Origin: Candidatus Chisholmbacteria bacterium
GTDB taxonomy: Bacteria; Patescibacteriota; Microgenomatia; UBA1400; Chisholmbacteraceae
Reading direction: 5' to 3'
DNA length: 64,000 bases
NCBI GenBank assembly: GCA_963704905.1
Contig: CAVPHZ010000001.1
Location: forward strand, 323,438-387,437
Positions 1 to 10,844 of this stretch are shown piece by piece. Position numbers and translations under genes: made by a program. The notes beneath the pieces were generated by a model. The model ran no database searches. It saw nothing but the letters and a program-made list of their open reading frames with translations, and was not told the origin of the DNA. Position 1 is the first letter of the stretch; each line of letters begins with the position of its first letter.

Positions 1-379
1 TGCCTTTTTCCATATGACGAATGGCTCTGCGCCTGATGAATGGCTCTGCTACTGATTTCATTTCTATGGCGGTCTGAACTCGTGTGTCTGTGCCATTTTT
101 TTCCATTGCATCCTGGAGGGCGAGCGCATTCATGACTGTTGCCAACATCCCCATATAGTCAGCTGTTGCGCGGCTGATCCCACTTTTCTCACCAGCAAGT
201 CCACGAAAAATATTTCCTGATCCAATGGTTACAGCAACTTGTACTCCAAGTTCGTGTACTGTTTTTATTTGCTGGGAAACGTTTTTAGCTGCATCTACTT
301 CTATTCCATATTCTCGTTTTCCGAGCAATGCTTCTCCGCCAATCTTTACAAGCACTCTTTTATATTTCGGTTTTTCCAT
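1..379 (-). CDS. pyrH: UMP kinase (uridylate kinase), 3' part truncated by window edge
   Basis: Reverse-strand translation from the ATG at 379 reads MEKPKYKRVLVKIGGEAL...VAVTIGSGNIFRG...ADYMGMLATVMNALALQDAL, the amino-acid-kinase / UMP-kinase signature. The ORF runs off the window start. Confidence 0.8.
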   Translation of the reverse strand, partial: MEKPKYKRVLVKIGGEALLGKREYGIEVDAAKNVSQQIKTVHELGVQVAVTIGSGNIFRGLAGEKSGISRATADYMGMLATVMNALALQDAMEKNGTDTRVQTAIEMKSVAEPFIRRRAIRHMEKG

Positions 380-398
380 ATTTTTTCCTTTTATTAAT

Positions 399-701
399 TT
401 ATATTGATTGCTGATATATTGGTGAAGATCTCGATCGTCTTCGTTCCAAATTTGCAAACAGCTTAATGAGTGTAAATGTCACCAGCCAGAACGGCATATA
501 GGCGATAAATGCGAGAAGAAAAGCTGAAGGGAGAGATTCAATTGTAGGCGTGCCTGCTTGTTCTATTGACAGAGCAATTTGTGGGTGGAGCTGTTGTTTA
601 GCTTTTTCGGTATTGAGAAGCACCCACCAGGATACTTGAGAAAATAGCGCTGAGATACAGATGACTAATATAATATCCTTGAATGAAAGATATTTGCTCA
701 T
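399..701 (-). CDS. small hydrophobic membrane protein, hypothetical
   Basis: 100-aa ORF with two predicted TM segments. No recognisable motif. Confidence 0.3.
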   Translation of the reverse strand: MSKYLSFKDIILVICISALFSQVSWWVLLNTEKAKQQLHPQIALSIEQAGTPTIESLPSAFLLAFIAYMPFWLVTFTLIKLFANLERRRSRSSPIYQQSI

Positions 702-729
702 GTTAGGAACTTATTATACCAGCTGTTTT

Positions 730-1209
730 TTAGTTCTTAAGGGGTATTTTCGAAAGATCTCCATGAATAAAAGTTGGTGTTAATCCTAGAACTTCTTCTT
801 TTATTGGCAATTTTTCCTCAATATCATTGAGGATATAAATCGGCTTGTTGAGATAGAATGCAATTGCCATTTCGATGAGTACATTTCCGCCAATGTAACC
901 CTTCAGACTATTTTTTTCATTATTTACCACAAGGATCGCATCTGCTTTTTCAATTTTTTTGAAATGATCGGATATAAAAGTTGTTTTTTGGGAGTAGTTG
1001 TTCGGATTTGTTAACCAAGTTTTGTGGTCCTGAACGTTATAATTCCCACTCTTTTTCATCGCTTCTACGGTGTTGGGTTTTAGCGTGTTGAAACCCATCA
1101 GTTTTAGTTGATTTTCAATATCTATCAAGTCTTCGTAGAATGAAACGCTTGAGCAGAGTGTAATTGTTTTCTTTTTCATGATCAGGTTTTTTCTTATTTT
1201 CTTTATCAT
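730..1209 (-). CDS. hypothetical protein, possibly nucleoside 2-deoxyribosyltransferase-like fold
   Basis: 159-aa ORF. A segment ILVVNNEKNSLKGYIGGNVLIEMAIAFYLNKPIYIL resembles the deoxyribosyltransferase / YtoQ family; weak. Confidence 0.3.
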   Translation of the reverse strand: MIKKIRKNLIMKKKTITLCSSVSFYEDLIDIENQLKLMGFNTLKPNTVEAMKKSGNYNVQDHKTWLTNPNNYSQKTTFISDHFKKIEKADAILVVNNEKNSLKGYIGGNVLIEMAIAFYLNKPIYILNDIEEKLPIKEEVLGLTPTFIHGDLSKIPLKN

Positions 1210-1342
1210 TTCAGAGTTTGAGTTTCAGTACCTTATTAATTCGGTTGCTCCATTCTTCCAAGGCTGTTCAGTTGATATGTTCCCGATATATGGAAGGTTT
1301 TGTAGTTCTTTTTATTGCTTATCAATTGTTTTATATTTCATA

Positions 1343-1876
1343 TCAAGTATCGGCATCTACTCTTTGACTTAGAACTTTAACTAGTTGGGCATCTTTCCAT
1401 TGACTGAAGTTGTAGAGAATCCCTGGTTTATTATTGAGAATGTGATCGAAATAGAACTTTGATGGGGGAAAGATGTTCTTCAGTGCTTTAAGTTCTTCAA
1501 TCTCGATCCACTGCGATTTTCCTTCGTGCGTTGATTGTATCTTTTGTGACTGAGGAATTGCGGCTCGGAACAGATATTCAATCCAGACTTCGTCTCTATC
1601 AATATGATGGTGAAATGCAAGCACTTTGAGTTTGATATTTTTTGGTTTAAGTTGTACGCCGGTTTCTTCCTTTACTTCTCGAATAGCTGTGGTTAATACA
1701 TCTTCGCCTTCTTCTACATGTCCTCCTGGACCAATCCAATATCCAGGAAACTTTTTCTTTGTACCACTTCGTTTATGCATTAATACTTTATTGTCATAGA
1801 CAATGTAGGTCTCACACGCAACGATGGGGTTTCCGAGTTCGTGTAGACGTCTGGTAATTCTATTTTTCATTGGCAC
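1343..1876 (-). CDS. Nudix hydrolase
   Basis: Near-perfect Nudix box GGHVEEGEDVLTTAIREVKEETGV (GX5EX7REUXEEXGU). Confidence 0.8.
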   Translation of the reverse strand: MPMKNRITRRLHELGNPIVACETYIVYDNKVLMHKRSGTKKKFPGYWIGPGGHVEEGEDVLTTAIREVKEETGVQLKPKNIKLKVLAFHHHIDRDEVWIEYLFRAAIPQSQKIQSTHEGKSQWIEIEELKALKNIFPPSKFYFDHILNNKPGILYNFSQWKDAQLVKVLSQRVDADT

Positions 1877-1930
1877 TATTCTATCAGGTATACTTTTTTT
1901 TAGTATTCTTGGTTTTGTATGATCTGCTGA

Positions 1931-2758
1931 GTGATGAAAACTTTAGAGTTATCAAATCTAACTCGATCTATTGATTTTCGCTATCCAACAAATCGCTGGA
2001 TTGTTATTGTATCGCTTATTGTATTGATGTTGTCTTCCGGGTTTAGTCTCTTTTCCACTGCAGATTTTCCAAACTCCCTATCGTTAGGGTTTCAGCTTGG
2101 AATGGCAACCTTTCTTGCATGGGTGTTGGCGCGAGAAGTTGACCCAGACCATAAGTATTCTGCGTTCGTTGCAGTTGGTTTCGCCTTGGTTGGGCTGCTT
2201 TATTGGGGAGAGATTAATCTGTCACATGTATTTTGGTTGATTTTGGCACTGCGCATTGTTAACCGTAGTGTTGGGTTACCAATTACCCATATTGATGCAA
2301 TTTCTATGACTGGCTTCTCTATTTGGCTTGCGCATTCATCGAGTTGGATATTTGCCATTTTTGCTGCACTTGTGTTTTTCCTCGATAGCCAGCTGCCGAA
2401 ACCAAATACATATAGTCTTCAATATTCAATCGGTTCACTTTCATTCGGCGTGGTATCGATCTTTTTCTTAAAGAATTATCAATTTCTCTCACTTCCTCTG
2501 GGTATAGCAGCTCCTTTGCTTGCAATTTCATTTCTTTTTTACCTTTTCATCACCCAGTCAAAGACTGTAAAAAGTGTGGGGGATAAAACTGGCAAGCCAC
2601 TTAAACTTTCTCGTGTTCGGGCAGCACAAGCTGTGATGTTTTTGTTTACCATTGTGATGTCGTTCTCAAATTACTTTTTGGAGTCGTTTTTGTTGTGGGG
2701 AGTAATGATTGGTGTGATTGCTTACCGATGTATTTTGTTTTTTAGAAGTAAACTATAA
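1931..2758 (+). CDS. polytopic integral membrane protein, hypothetical
   Basis: 275 aa with about 7-8 hydrophobic helices. No catalytic motif recognised. Confidence 0.4.
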   Translation: MMKTLELSNLTRSIDFRYPTNRWIVIVSLIVLMLSSGFSLFSTADFPNSLSLGFQLGMATFLAWVLAREVDPDHKYSAFVAVGFALVGLLYWGEINLSHVFWLILALRIVNRSVGLPITHIDAISMTGFSIWLAHSSSWIFAIFAALVFFLDSQLPKPNTYSLQYSIGSLSFGVVSIFFLKNYQFLSLPLGIAAPLLAISFLFYLFITQSKTVKSVGDKTGKPLKLSRVRAAQAVMFLFTIVMSFSNYFLESFLLWGVMIGVIAYRCILFFRSKL

Positions 2759-2790
2759 TCGATTTTCTTTGTTTGCAATTATCAGCGTCT

Positions 2791-3660
2791 CTACCAACTT
2801 CCAGATGCACCGCCACCGCCACTGCTTCCGCCACCGAAGCCGCCAAATCCACCACTACTTTTTCCTCCACCTGTCCAAAATCCACCTCTAGATGACCAAA
2901 ATCCGGTGGGTTGGTTGGCTGTTCTCAGTTTCTTATAGTTGGAAGAAAGAATTTTATCGAGTATTAGACCAATTATTCCAAATATGAATCCTGCAGTAAG
3001 GCTGGTAAATATTCCAATGAGAAAACCTATCATACCTCCAGCCCACCAACTTTTTGAGCGGGCTAGGAACGCTGCAAGATAACTGAGGATCGTGGCAAAG
3101 AATATGATCCTGATCAAGATATTTGGTCCTGATTCGTCTGCTGGTTGGGTGGTGCTCTCACCAATTTCTTCGCCTGTAACAGATGTAATTAGTTCTGCTG
3201 TGCCTTTTTCGATTCCTGCTTCATAATCTTGGTTTTTAAATTCTGGGGCTATGGTGTTGCGAATGATACGCCCAGCTTTTGCATCATTTAGACTTGCTTC
3301 TGCTCCATATCCCACTTCGATGCGCATTTCACGTTCGTCGATCGCAGCGAGGAAGAGTACACCGTTGTCCTGATCTTTTTTCCCAATACCCCACTCATTA
3401 AACAGTTCGACAGCGTAGTTTTCTATCGTGTCTCCTTCAAGACTTCTGATCGTTACGACTGCGATTTCTGGACCAAGTTGGGCGCTAACACTTGCCAGTT
3501 TTTCTTCAAGATTCTGTTCAAAATCCTCTGATAGTACATCAGCAAAGTCGTTAACATACCCAACTGGATCGGGAAGAGCAAAGGCTGGTTTTAGTAAAAA
3601 CAACTGAGCGAGAAGTACTACGGTCGGTAAGATTAATAATTTAGTTAATCGAAGTATCAT
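2791..3660 (-). CDS. TPM-domain (YgcG-like) membrane protein with Gly-rich C-terminal tail
   Basis: Signal peptide, then PDPVGYVNDFADVLS..LE..L (TPM/YgcG phosphatase-like domain), a TM segment and a GGFGGFGGG tail. Immediately downstream of lemA with a 4-bp overlap, the usual LemA-TPM pairing. Confidence 0.6.
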   Translation of the reverse strand: MILRLTKLLILPTVVLLAQLFLLKPAFALPDPVGYVNDFADVLSEDFEQNLEEKLASVSAQLGPEIAVVTIRSLEGDTIENYAVELFNEWGIGKKDQDNGVLFLAAIDEREMRIEVGYGAEASLNDAKAGRIIRNTIAPEFKNQDYEAGIEKGTAELITSVTGEEIGESTTQPADESGPNILIRIIFFATILSYLAAFLARSKSWWAGGMIGFLIGIFTSLTAGFIFGIIGLILDKILSSNYKKLRTANQPTGFWSSRGGFWTGGGKSSGGFGGFGGGSSGGGGASGSW

Positions 3661-4223
3661 TCATCAGTACTCAAGTCTACCTTTGGGGCTGTTTCTGCAG
3701 CATCAACTGACTCAAAATAGGCACGCTCGTTGAAGCCAAACATAGAGGCAATGAGGTTAGTAGGGAACCTTTTAACTTGAGTATTGAAGGTTTTTACTTG
3801 ATCGTTGTAGCGTTTACGCTCAACGCTGACCCGGTTTTCGGTTCCAGCAAGTTCATCCATCAGCCCAGTTACAGTCTCGCTTGATCTAAGTTGTGGATAA
3901 TTTTCAACGATTACCAACAAACGCCCTAACGCTGATTCTACTTGGGCGGCGGCTTCGGCTCGCTCGTCTGGTGTTTGCGCACCAGCATACCCCTGGCGAG
4001 CTTCGGCAATCTTTCCGAATACTTCCTGTTCTTGCTCAAAAATTCCTTTGGTGGCTTCGACGAGATTGGGGATAAGGTCGAAGCGTCTTTGGTATTGAGT
4101 TTCAACCTGAGCCCACTGGTTATCGACGTTTTGTGATTGGGTGACTAAGGAGTTATAGGTACCAACCAGCGAAAAGCCGATGAGTGCCGCTATGACAGCA
4201 AGGATAGCTAACGTCTTTTTCAT
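3657..4223 (-). CDS. lemA: LemA family protein
   Basis: N-terminal TM, then NVDNQWAQVETQYQRRFDLIPNLV...RKRYNDQVKTFNTQVKRFPTNLIASMFGF, the LemA signature. Confidence 0.75.
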   Translation of the reverse strand: MKKTLAILAVIAALIGFSLVGTYNSLVTQSQNVDNQWAQVETQYQRRFDLIPNLVEATKGIFEQEQEVFGKIAEARQGYAGAQTPDERAEAAAQVESALGRLLVIVENYPQLRSSETVTGLMDELAGTENRVSVERKRYNDQVKTFNTQVKRFPTNLIASMFGFNERAYFESVDAAETAPKVDLSTDE

Positions 4224-4285
4224 GTTGTTATTTAATCACACTCCTGTTTTCCAGTAAAGTTCACTTCTATGGTAGAGAAGGACTT

Positions 4286-5221
4286 TCATACTTGGCTGAA
4301 TTTTTCTGTATATTCGATGATCTTTTTGGTCATTCTTGGCTCAGAGGAACGATGACCAGTAGCTGATACAAATTCGAATTTTGCTTCCGGCCAAGCTTTG
4401 TGGAGATCCCAGGCAGTGAATGGGGGACACTGCATGTCATATCGGCCGTGGAGTATGACAGCTGGAATGTTTCTCACTTTATTAATATTTTTTATTAATT
4501 GTCCTTCTTTTAAAAATCCTTTGTTTTTTGTATAGTGAAAATACACTTTAAATGATGAAATTAACTTTTGATCTACCTGAATAGTTTCTGGATCACCGAT
4601 ATCTGAGATTAGATTCATTTTGAAGTCATCCCAATAGCTTATTGCCTTAAGGGCTTTTGTTTGAATATTCTTATCTTTGCTATAGAGCCGTTTGTAGAAG
4701 GCTTTGAACAGATCTTTTCTTTCGCTTTTTGGAATTGGACTTGTATAATATTCCCAGATATCTGGATAGAAATAAGAAGGTTTGTCATTAAATGACCAAT
4801 CAATTTCAATCTTTCTAAAAGTAAAAATACCTCGGAGGAGAAGGGCGCTAGCGTGTTGCGGATATACTTGAGCATAGGCAAGCGCTAGCGTGCTTCCCCA
4901 GCTTCCTCCTGAAACATGCCATTTTCTAATATCTAAATGGTTTCGAAATTTTTCCATATCTTCAACCAAATCCTGAGTGGTGTTTTCTCTTGTTTCTCCT
5001 AAAGGTGTGCTCTTGCCGCAGCCACGTTGGTCAAATTGAATGATTCGATATGATTTTGGATTGTAATACCTGCGGTAATTCGGTTTTGATTTACTCCCTG
5101 GACCACCATGAAGGTGGATTATTGGTTTTCCTTTCGGATTTCCAGATTCTTCGAAGTAGATTTTGTGAATATCTGATACTTTTAAGAATCCTTGGTTGTG
5201 TGGCTTTGTGGCTTTAAACAT
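4286..5221 (-). CDS. pip: prolyl aminopeptidase (proline iminopeptidase), alpha/beta hydrolase
   Basis: HGGPG...GGSWGSTLALAYAQ nucleophile elbow, about 310 aa, and overall similarity to the S33 proline iminopeptidase family. Confidence 0.65.
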   Translation of the reverse strand: MFKATKPHNQGFLKVSDIHKIYFEESGNPKGKPIIHLHGGPGSKSKPNYRRYYNPKSYRIIQFDQRGCGKSTPLGETRENTTQDLVEDMEKFRNHLDIRKWHVSGGSWGSTLALAYAQVYPQHASALLLRGIFTFRKIEIDWSFNDKPSYFYPDIWEYYTSPIPKSERKDLFKAFYKRLYSKDKNIQTKALKAISYWDDFKMNLISDIGDPETIQVDQKLISSFKVYFHYTKNKGFLKEGQLIKNINKVRNIPAVILHGRYDMQCPPFTAWDLHKAWPEAKFEFVSATGHRSSEPRMTKKIIEYTEKFSQV

Positions 5222-5223
5222 AT

Positions 5224-5997
5224 TTATATCCTCTCATTTTTCATTAGAAATTTACTCAGTAATGATTTTACTTTGTTGAGTTGTTCTTTACCTTTAAATA
5301 CATGTTCCGCGCCTTCGATAATATGGAGTTCTTTTTGATTTGTATCGAGTATATCGAAGAATTTCTTTTGATCTTTATACGGCGCTGCTTGGTCTTCGCT
5401 ACCCACAATCAGAAGGGTTGGAGTATTAATTCTCTTGGCAAGATTTATGAGTTCATATTTTAAAACATCTATCATGAACAGCCAGCTAATTTTTTTCTTA
5501 GCTCCTGGTTTGGATTTACTTATCTCAATTTTGTAGCCCTTCTCTTTCCAGTCCTTTAGTTCGTCTTTTTTAAATTCGTGATATGACCTGCCAGAGAGAA
5601 ATGCAGAAATTGGAGCGATTGAGCTGATTTTATCTGGGAATTTTTCAGTAAAGAGGATTGCGCAAGCACTTCCTAAGCTGTGGCCGGAAAGAGAAAATGG
5701 TTCAATGTACCAATCTTGTAATTTTGCCCAGTTGATCACATCTTCAAAATCCTCGTAGTAATCGGTTAAGGTTGCTAACTCTACGTTACCTTCGCTTTCG
5801 CCCATGGCATTGGCCGCGTCCCAGCGAACGACAGTAAAACCATTTTCCAGATAGGTTTCGGTAATTGTTTGTATCCAGGGTTGTTCTTTGTATCCACCTA
5901 GTCCATGGGCGATGAAGGTAAGTCTTTTTGTGGATTTTTCAGGGTCAATTTGAACAACGATTTTTTTGCCTTTGCGATTTTTGAAGCTGGTTTTCAT
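5224..5997 (-). CDS. alpha/beta-fold hydrolase (esterase/lipase-like)
   Basis: GHSLG nucleophile motif (SLSGHSLGS). 257 aa. Confidence 0.5.
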   Translation of the reverse strand: MKTSFKNRKGKKIVVQIDPEKSTKRLTFIAHGLGGYKEQPWIQTITETYLENGFTVVRWDAANAMGESEGNVELATLTDYYEDFEDVINWAKLQDWYIEPFSLSGHSLGSACAILFTEKFPDKISSIAPISAFLSGRSYHEFKKDELKDWKEKGYKIEISKSKPGAKKKISWLFMIDVLKYELINLAKRINTPTLLIVGSEDQAAPYKDQKKFFDILDTNQKELHIIEGAEHVFKGKEQLNKVKSLLSKFLMKNERI

Positions 5998-6017
5998 GAG
6001 CTGATTGTAGCAAACTA

Positions 6018-6060
6018 AGTAAAAAAGAACCGCTCCGGTAGGGGAGCGGTTCTTCGTTTA
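6018..6060 (-). terminator. rho-independent terminator after groEL
   Basis: Perfect hairpin GAACCGCTCC-ggtagg-GGAGCGGTTC (6027-6052). On the minus-strand transcript it is followed by a UUUUUU run, and it is flanked by A6 on the plus strand, so it could act bidirectionally. Confidence 0.75.
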
Positions 6061-6081
6061 AATAATATTTCTTACAATATT

Positions 6082-7728
<1,647 letters not shown>

Positions 7729-7735
7729 TTATTGT

Positions 7736-8050
7736 TTATGAAACTACTGCTAATATGTCTTCAAATTTGAGGAACTGGTATTCAATCGCGTCGAGCTTTA
7801 CCTCGTTACCGCCCCATTTTTTGTAGATGACTTTGTCACCCTTTTTACAGGGTGGATTGATCTTGGCTCCATACTCAGAGAGCCACACTGGGCCAACCGA
7901 TAAGACCTTTCCTTCTTGAGGTTTCTCATCGTGAGAATCGGGGAGATAGATTCCAGCTTTGGTTTTTTGCTCAGCCTCGTCTGGTTCAACTAATACGTAG
8001 CCTGGTGCAGGCTTCAGTTTACTCAATAAAGTTGCTTTGGATTTAGCCAT
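7736..8050 (-). CDS. groES: co-chaperonin GroES (Cpn10)
   Basis: 104 aa directly upstream of groEL, with a typical GroES mobile-loop and beta-barrel sequence. Confidence 0.93.
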   Translation of the reverse strand: MAKSKATLLSKLKPAPGYVLVEPDEAEQKTKAGIYLPDSHDEKPQEGKVLSVGPVWLSEYGAKINPPCKKGDKVIYKKWGGNEVKLDAIEYQFLKFEDILAVVS

Positions 8051-8099
8051 TTTATGATTCCTCCTTGACTATTTATATATATGATCCCAAACAAAAAAG

Positions 8100-8154
8100 T
8101 TATCAGTTATTGATAACGACTGCTATTTTACCTGTTGCGTAGTAGGGTTGTCAA
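8100..8154 (-). promoter_or_regulatory. putative sigma70-type groESL promoter with overlapping inverted-repeat operator
   Basis: On the minus strand: TTGACA (8149-8154), an 18-bp spacer and TAAAAT (8125-8130). Just downstream is the inverted repeat TTATCA-N5-TGATAA (8100-8116), overlapping the predicted transcription start. No CIRCE (TTAGCACTC-N9-GAGTGCTAA) is present. Confidence 0.5.
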
Positions 8155-8667
8155 GAAATACTGTAAAGTACTCACAAATCTCATTTCTACTGTTTTGTAT
8201 GATAAGACTGATGTATCGGTTATTAATCACTCATTTCACGGGCAGTAAGAGAAGGGGAGTGATGACTTTAGCTTCTCCTATCCGTGTTTTTTTAAGTTCT
8301 TTTCGCTATATATACGTTTCGTTCGTATTCTCTTCGTCAAAAATATTCGTTTTTTACCTGCGATTTAAATGGTTTTTTAATAGTGGTTGCCAAAGCCTAG
8401 TTTAGCGATTTGTTAGACATTTTACGTTTACTCGTTCGCCGTTGGTTGATCAGATTTTTATTTTTATGACAATCATCTGAGCACCCACTTCTCCGCTCTT
8501 TTTTCTTTGATATATTAGATTCATTCCCTGGAATAGCCTGGATTGTTATTTTCCGCAAGGCTTTCATTTTTTCTATTCAACAGATTACCTTCATTCATGC
8601 ATCTCTCCCCGACTTTGATATGTGGGGCATTAAAGCTGATGAGGTTTCGGTTCTGGTTATGAAGGCG

Positions 8668-9282
8668 TTAATTCGTTTGCGGTTTGGTGAAGAGGACTTC
8701 ACCATTTTCTTGAGGTTTTTTTTCTTCTCTGAGGAGTTTCACCTCGGAGAGCGGTGCTCCTTCGCAGACAAGACCTTTATCGCTAAAGTGTTTATTGAGT
8801 TCTTGAGTGAGGAGGTCCTCGATTTGGGTACGTTGGTTTTTGATCTGGGTGAGTGTTAGTCCCGCAAAAACGGCTGCAATTCGCGAGCGACTGATTGGAC
8901 GGATAACCTTTGATACAAAGTCTTCTCCAACATTCTCCCAGAGTTCGGGTGCGTCAGTCTTATCAATTCGAAAGAGGATAGAGCATTCTATTTGGACGTA
9001 GTTACCATCACTAGTTGAGGTACGGATGGGTTTATCTCCTAGGGCTTCTTTGTTTGCGAGATCAAATTCTTCACGGATTGTATATTCTACGATGCGCGCA
9101 TTGAAAAGTTTGGCAATTTGCCAAAATGGTATTTTGAGATGTAATCCAGGTCCCCATACCTTTTTTAATACCCCCCTACCCCGATCATATAAACAAGCTA
9201 TGTGGCCAGGTGGTACGGAGATGAAAAAACCACCTACAACTTCGTCAACTAAAAATGAAACAACTAATCGATCAAATTCCAT
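8668..9282 (-). CDS. SPFH/band-7 (prohibitin-like) domain protein
   Basis: GPGLHLKIPFWQIAKLFNARIVEY matches the band-7 PGLHFxIPF motif. 204 aa. Confidence 0.45.
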   Translation of the reverse strand: MEFDRLVVSFLVDEVVGGFFISVPPGHIACLYDRGRGVLKKVWGPGLHLKIPFWQIAKLFNARIVEYTIREEFDLANKEALGDKPIRTSTSDGNYVQIECSILFRIDKTDAPELWENVGEDFVSKVIRPISRSRIAAVFAGLTLTQIKNQRTQIEDLLTQELNKHFSDKGLVCEGAPLSEVKLLREEKKPQENGEVLFTKPQTN

Positions 9283-9308
9283 AGGATTGAATTATAAACA
9301 TCATTATT

Positions 9309-9797
9309 TTACTCGTTTTCTTTACTTTTTGCATTGAGCACAATAGAGGATGAAATGTGCGGGTTGTATTTATGAATCACTTTCAGCTTACCTCCAAACA
9401 ATTTCATGATCCGCTGCTTCTCTTTTAAATATGGTGTATGCTCGCTGACGGCGTAAATATCTGGTGCTATTTTGCTAATCAAACGCTCTCTCCCCTCTGG
9501 AGTTGAGAGATTATTGGGTAGTACAAACACATAATTTATGGATGAGAGTGATGCAAGCACTTCCAACCGATCGGCTTGTTTGTTAATTGGTCTGTTTGAG
9601 CCTTTGAGCTTTTTTACTCGCACGTCCGGTTCAATTCCAACTATAAGTATGTCCCCTTCTACTTTTGCTTTTTTTAGAAATCTCACATGCTCAACATGGA
9701 GAATATCAAAGACTCCAGTTGCAAGTACAGTTGTTGGTCTTCTTTGATCAGCCTCTTTGATTTTTACTAGCTTGCTTATTTCTATTATTTTATTCAT
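9309..9797 (-). CDS. cytidylyl/adenylyl-transferase-like nucleotidyltransferase (HIGH-type)
   Basis: LATGVFDILHVEHVRFLKKAK is a HxGH-type motif, as in TagD / RfaE domain II / NMNAT-family nucleotidyltransferases. 162 aa. Confidence 0.5.
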   Translation of the reverse strand: MNKIIEISKLVKIKEADQRRPTTVLATGVFDILHVEHVRFLKKAKVEGDILIVGIEPDVRVKKLKGSNRPINKQADRLEVLASLSSINYVFVLPNNLSTPEGRERLISKIAPDIYAVSEHTPYLKEKQRIMKLFGGKLKVIHKYNPHISSSIVLNAKSKENE

Positions 9798-9832
9798 TGG
9801 GGGTTATCGTCTCATTACGTGTTCAAAAATGC

Positions 9833-10759
9833 TTATTCGGTTATTCCATATCGAGATAATTTTGTATTATAACGCTTAAGAATGTGTTTTCCTGTGTCTC
9901 TGGGATGGAAGAAGGCAGAATGCTTAGTCACTCTTTCAGATGTGATTCGATTTCTCATATACCAGGTTTGCAGATTGAAAGAAGCAGCATTTAATTGATT
10001 AAGAATCAAGGTTCCAGGTATAATTTGTGTTTTGTTCGGGTATTTATTACTGGTGTTCTGGTATTGATTGATTCTTGCGTTTGGAAGGTATTTGTCACAC
10101 CATTTGTTTTCCTGTAAAAATACCATATCTGTATGTCCTCTCCTCCAGAGCGTTTTTGTTTGGATGACTTCGTGAGCGGTATAAAGATTTTGCTTGGCTT
10201 TGGGAACTTGAAGAGACGCCTCATCAAGAAACAGGTTAAGACAGAGGGAATTTTTCAGCTTTAAGGATTGATTGGTGTTTAGGTTACCAACATCTGGTGT
10301 TCGTCGTTTGGTTATTGTTGAAAGCAGCGGAATAACCAGCAATCGAGTGAGCCAGAGTCGATTTTCCGAGGTCACAATCATGAGATCAATGTCATCATCG
10401 TCTGATGCATTCTCCATTGCTACTGCTCCAGTGAGGGCGATCATTTGAATGCTGGGTATTAACTTGAGTATGCTGGCAATTTTTCTGGCTATCATGTTTT
10501 TATTCTGGGCTATGGCTTTTCTTTTTTTACGTAAGTTAACGATATCTTTTCGTTTATTTAAGTAAATGTAGCCATCTTGCTCCCCAATAGACTTTTTTTC
10601 TAAGAGCTTACCGATTTCCCGTTTGACACGCATCAGGTTTGTGGTTGAGTGATAAATGAGATAACGATGAAGTTCTTTGCGTGTCAGCGGGTAGTCAAAT
10701 ACATCTGCATAACAGAGAGTTCTGATGATTGCTTCCCCCACGCGATCCTTTTTTAGCAT
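9833..10759 (-). CDS. hypothetical protein
   Basis: 308 aa with an acidic DDDDIDLMIV segment, possibly nucleotidyltransferase-like. No confident family call. Confidence 0.3.
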   Translation of the reverse strand: MLKKDRVGEAIIRTLCYADVFDYPLTRKELHRYLIYHSTTNLMRVKREIGKLLEKKSIGEQDGYIYLNKRKDIVNLRKKRKAIAQNKNMIARKIASILKLIPSIQMIALTGAVAMENASDDDDIDLMIVTSENRLWLTRLLVIPLLSTITKRRTPDVGNLNTNQSLKLKNSLCLNLFLDEASLQVPKAKQNLYTAHEVIQTKTLWRRGHTDMVFLQENKWCDKYLPNARINQYQNTSNKYPNKTQIIPGTLILNQLNAASFNLQTWYMRNRITSERVTKHSAFFHPRDTGKHILKRYNTKLSRYGITE

Positions 10760-10844
10760 GGAGTTATCATAGCATCAGGAGTTTTTTACTGAATTTACTA
10801 GGTATGAAGAGTGTTTTAATACTAGAAAAGTGAAATGAGGGGAA

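Noticed and set aside
225-407. 60-aa plus-strand ORF at window start
   Set aside because: It lies antisense inside the clearly recognisable pyrH coding sequence on the minus strand. Spurious.
8050-8670. Search for a CIRCE (HrcA) operator and tRNA genes in the 600-bp region upstream of groES
   Set aside because: No TTAGCACTC-N9-GAGTGCTAA-like element and no cloverleaf-compatible sequence found. Only the TTATCA/TGATAA palindrome and a promoter were found.
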